A stretch of DNA of 64,000 nucleotides from Mobula hypostoma (taxonomy: Eukaryota), in contig NC_086124.1 of assembly GCF_963921235.1 (NCBI RefSeq), positions 15,872,001 to 15,936,000 on the forward strand, written 5' to 3'. Positions 62,932 through 64,000 of this stretch are shown here, one piece after another (position 1 is the stretch's first letter; each line of letters starts with the position of its first letter). A program made the position numbers and the translations under genes. Below the pieces are notes generated by a model. It was not told the DNA's origin. It did not search any database and worked only from the letters and a program-made list of their open reading frames with translations.

Positions 62932-64000
62932 TGTCATACTCCGGTCCGTGAAGTCCGCGTTCCGGTTCACGGTTCGGTCCGTGGACACCGGACTCTGGGT
63001 CTTCCAGCTGTCCCTTGTTTCATAGAAACATAGAAAATAGGTGCAGGAGTAGGCCATTCGGCCCTTCGAGCCTGCACCGCCATTTATTACGATCATAGCT
63101 GATCCTCCAACTCAGAACCCCGCCCCAGCCTTCCCTCCATACCCTCTGACCCCCGTAGCCACAAGGGCCATATCTAACTCCCTCTTAAATATAGCCAATG
63201 AACTGGCCTCAACTGTTTCCTGTGGCAGAGAATTCCATAGATTCACCACTCTCTGTGTGAAGAAGTTTTTCCTAATCTCGGTCCTAAAAGGCTTCCCCTC
63301 TATCCTCAAACTGTGGCCCCTCGTTCTGGACTTCCCCAACATCGGGAACAATCTTCCTGCATCTAGCCTGTCCAATCCCTTTAGGATCTTATACGTTTCA
63401 ATCAGATCCCCCCTCAATCTTCTAAATTCCAACGAGTACAAGTCAGTTGGGTTTAATCATAGGCACCCAATGCTGGTCTTGGGGCTGGGAATATTAGTGC
63501 AACCTGTGTCTGGATCCTTGCCTGCAACCTTGTCAAGTTCAACCACTGGAGCCAGACCGGAGCCTTGCCGTATCAAGATAGGGAACTGTCTATCGTTCAG
63601 TGGGAACTGTCTCTGCGCCCAAGCCTTCGCTAGGTAGGTCCGGCCGTTTGCTGCTAGCTAGTGTTGGGAACTGTTTCTATGTCCACGCCTTCTGTAGGTA
63701 GTCCTGGCCGTTTGCTGCTACATAGTGTTGGGAACCGTCTCGTCGTGTTCAGCATTCTGTGCATGAGTCCCAGCCCTACGTCCTTTTCTCAAGGAGGGAT
63801 CCCGGCTCTGTGCTCCATGCCCCTGTGTTCCTGTCTCTCAAGTTCAAGGCTCCATGTTCCCGTACTCTAGACCAAGGCTCTGTGTTCCTGTCCTCCCCAA
63901 GACCAAGGCTCTGTGTTCTGCATTCCGGTAGTCCCAAGTCCAAGGTTCCCTCGTCCTGTGCTGGAGTTCCCTCGGGGTCTTGCCCAGGAGTCTCTCGTTC
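62932..64000 (+). mobile_element. LTR family A, third copy, running off the window end
   Basis: Starts TGTCAT-actccggtccgtgaagtccgcgttccggttcac like the 35752 copy; shares the internal repeats. Confidence 0.8.
63021..63443 (-). mobile_element. Young CR1 3' fragment inserted in LTR copy 3
   Basis: Open 109-aa ORF2 C-terminus YSLEFRRLRGDLIETYKIL..FFTQRVVNLWNSLP; (TTTCTATG)-type tail. Confidence 0.9.

Overview
Vertebrate genomic DNA, most consistent with a cartilaginous fish (ray-like CR1, Rex1/Babar and Penelope-like repeat tails); the taxon is inferred from repeat character, not from a search. The left third (2.7-23.4 kb) is a replication-dependent histone cluster: intact H2B x2, H4, H2A, H3 and H1, each with a 3' stem-loop and purine-rich HDE, plus two H2A pseudogenes and an orphan H2A promoter. 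The right part holds an effector-less C2H2 zinc-finger gene (- strand, 55-57 kb) with an NRF1-motif CpG-rich promoter. The rest is mostly nested retroelements: CR1, Rex1/Babar, Nimb/I, L1, L2 and RTE LINE fragments, three complete solo LTRs with TSDs plus one partial LTR, and many Neptune-like Penelope-like elements (PLEs). The most notable signals are: (1) a minimal type I hammerhead ribozyme in the PLE terminal repeat, also carried by short fold-back derivatives; (2) recurrent ~10-bp TSDs on PLE insertions, down to a 25-nt micro-insertion; (3) an inverted duplicated promoter module (X-box/CRE/CRE/E-box/PBX-PKNOX) with conserved motifs but no visible gene; (4) CDE/CHR-like and E2F-like elements upstream of the H2A and H3 genes. 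Repeat boundaries without TSD support are approximate.
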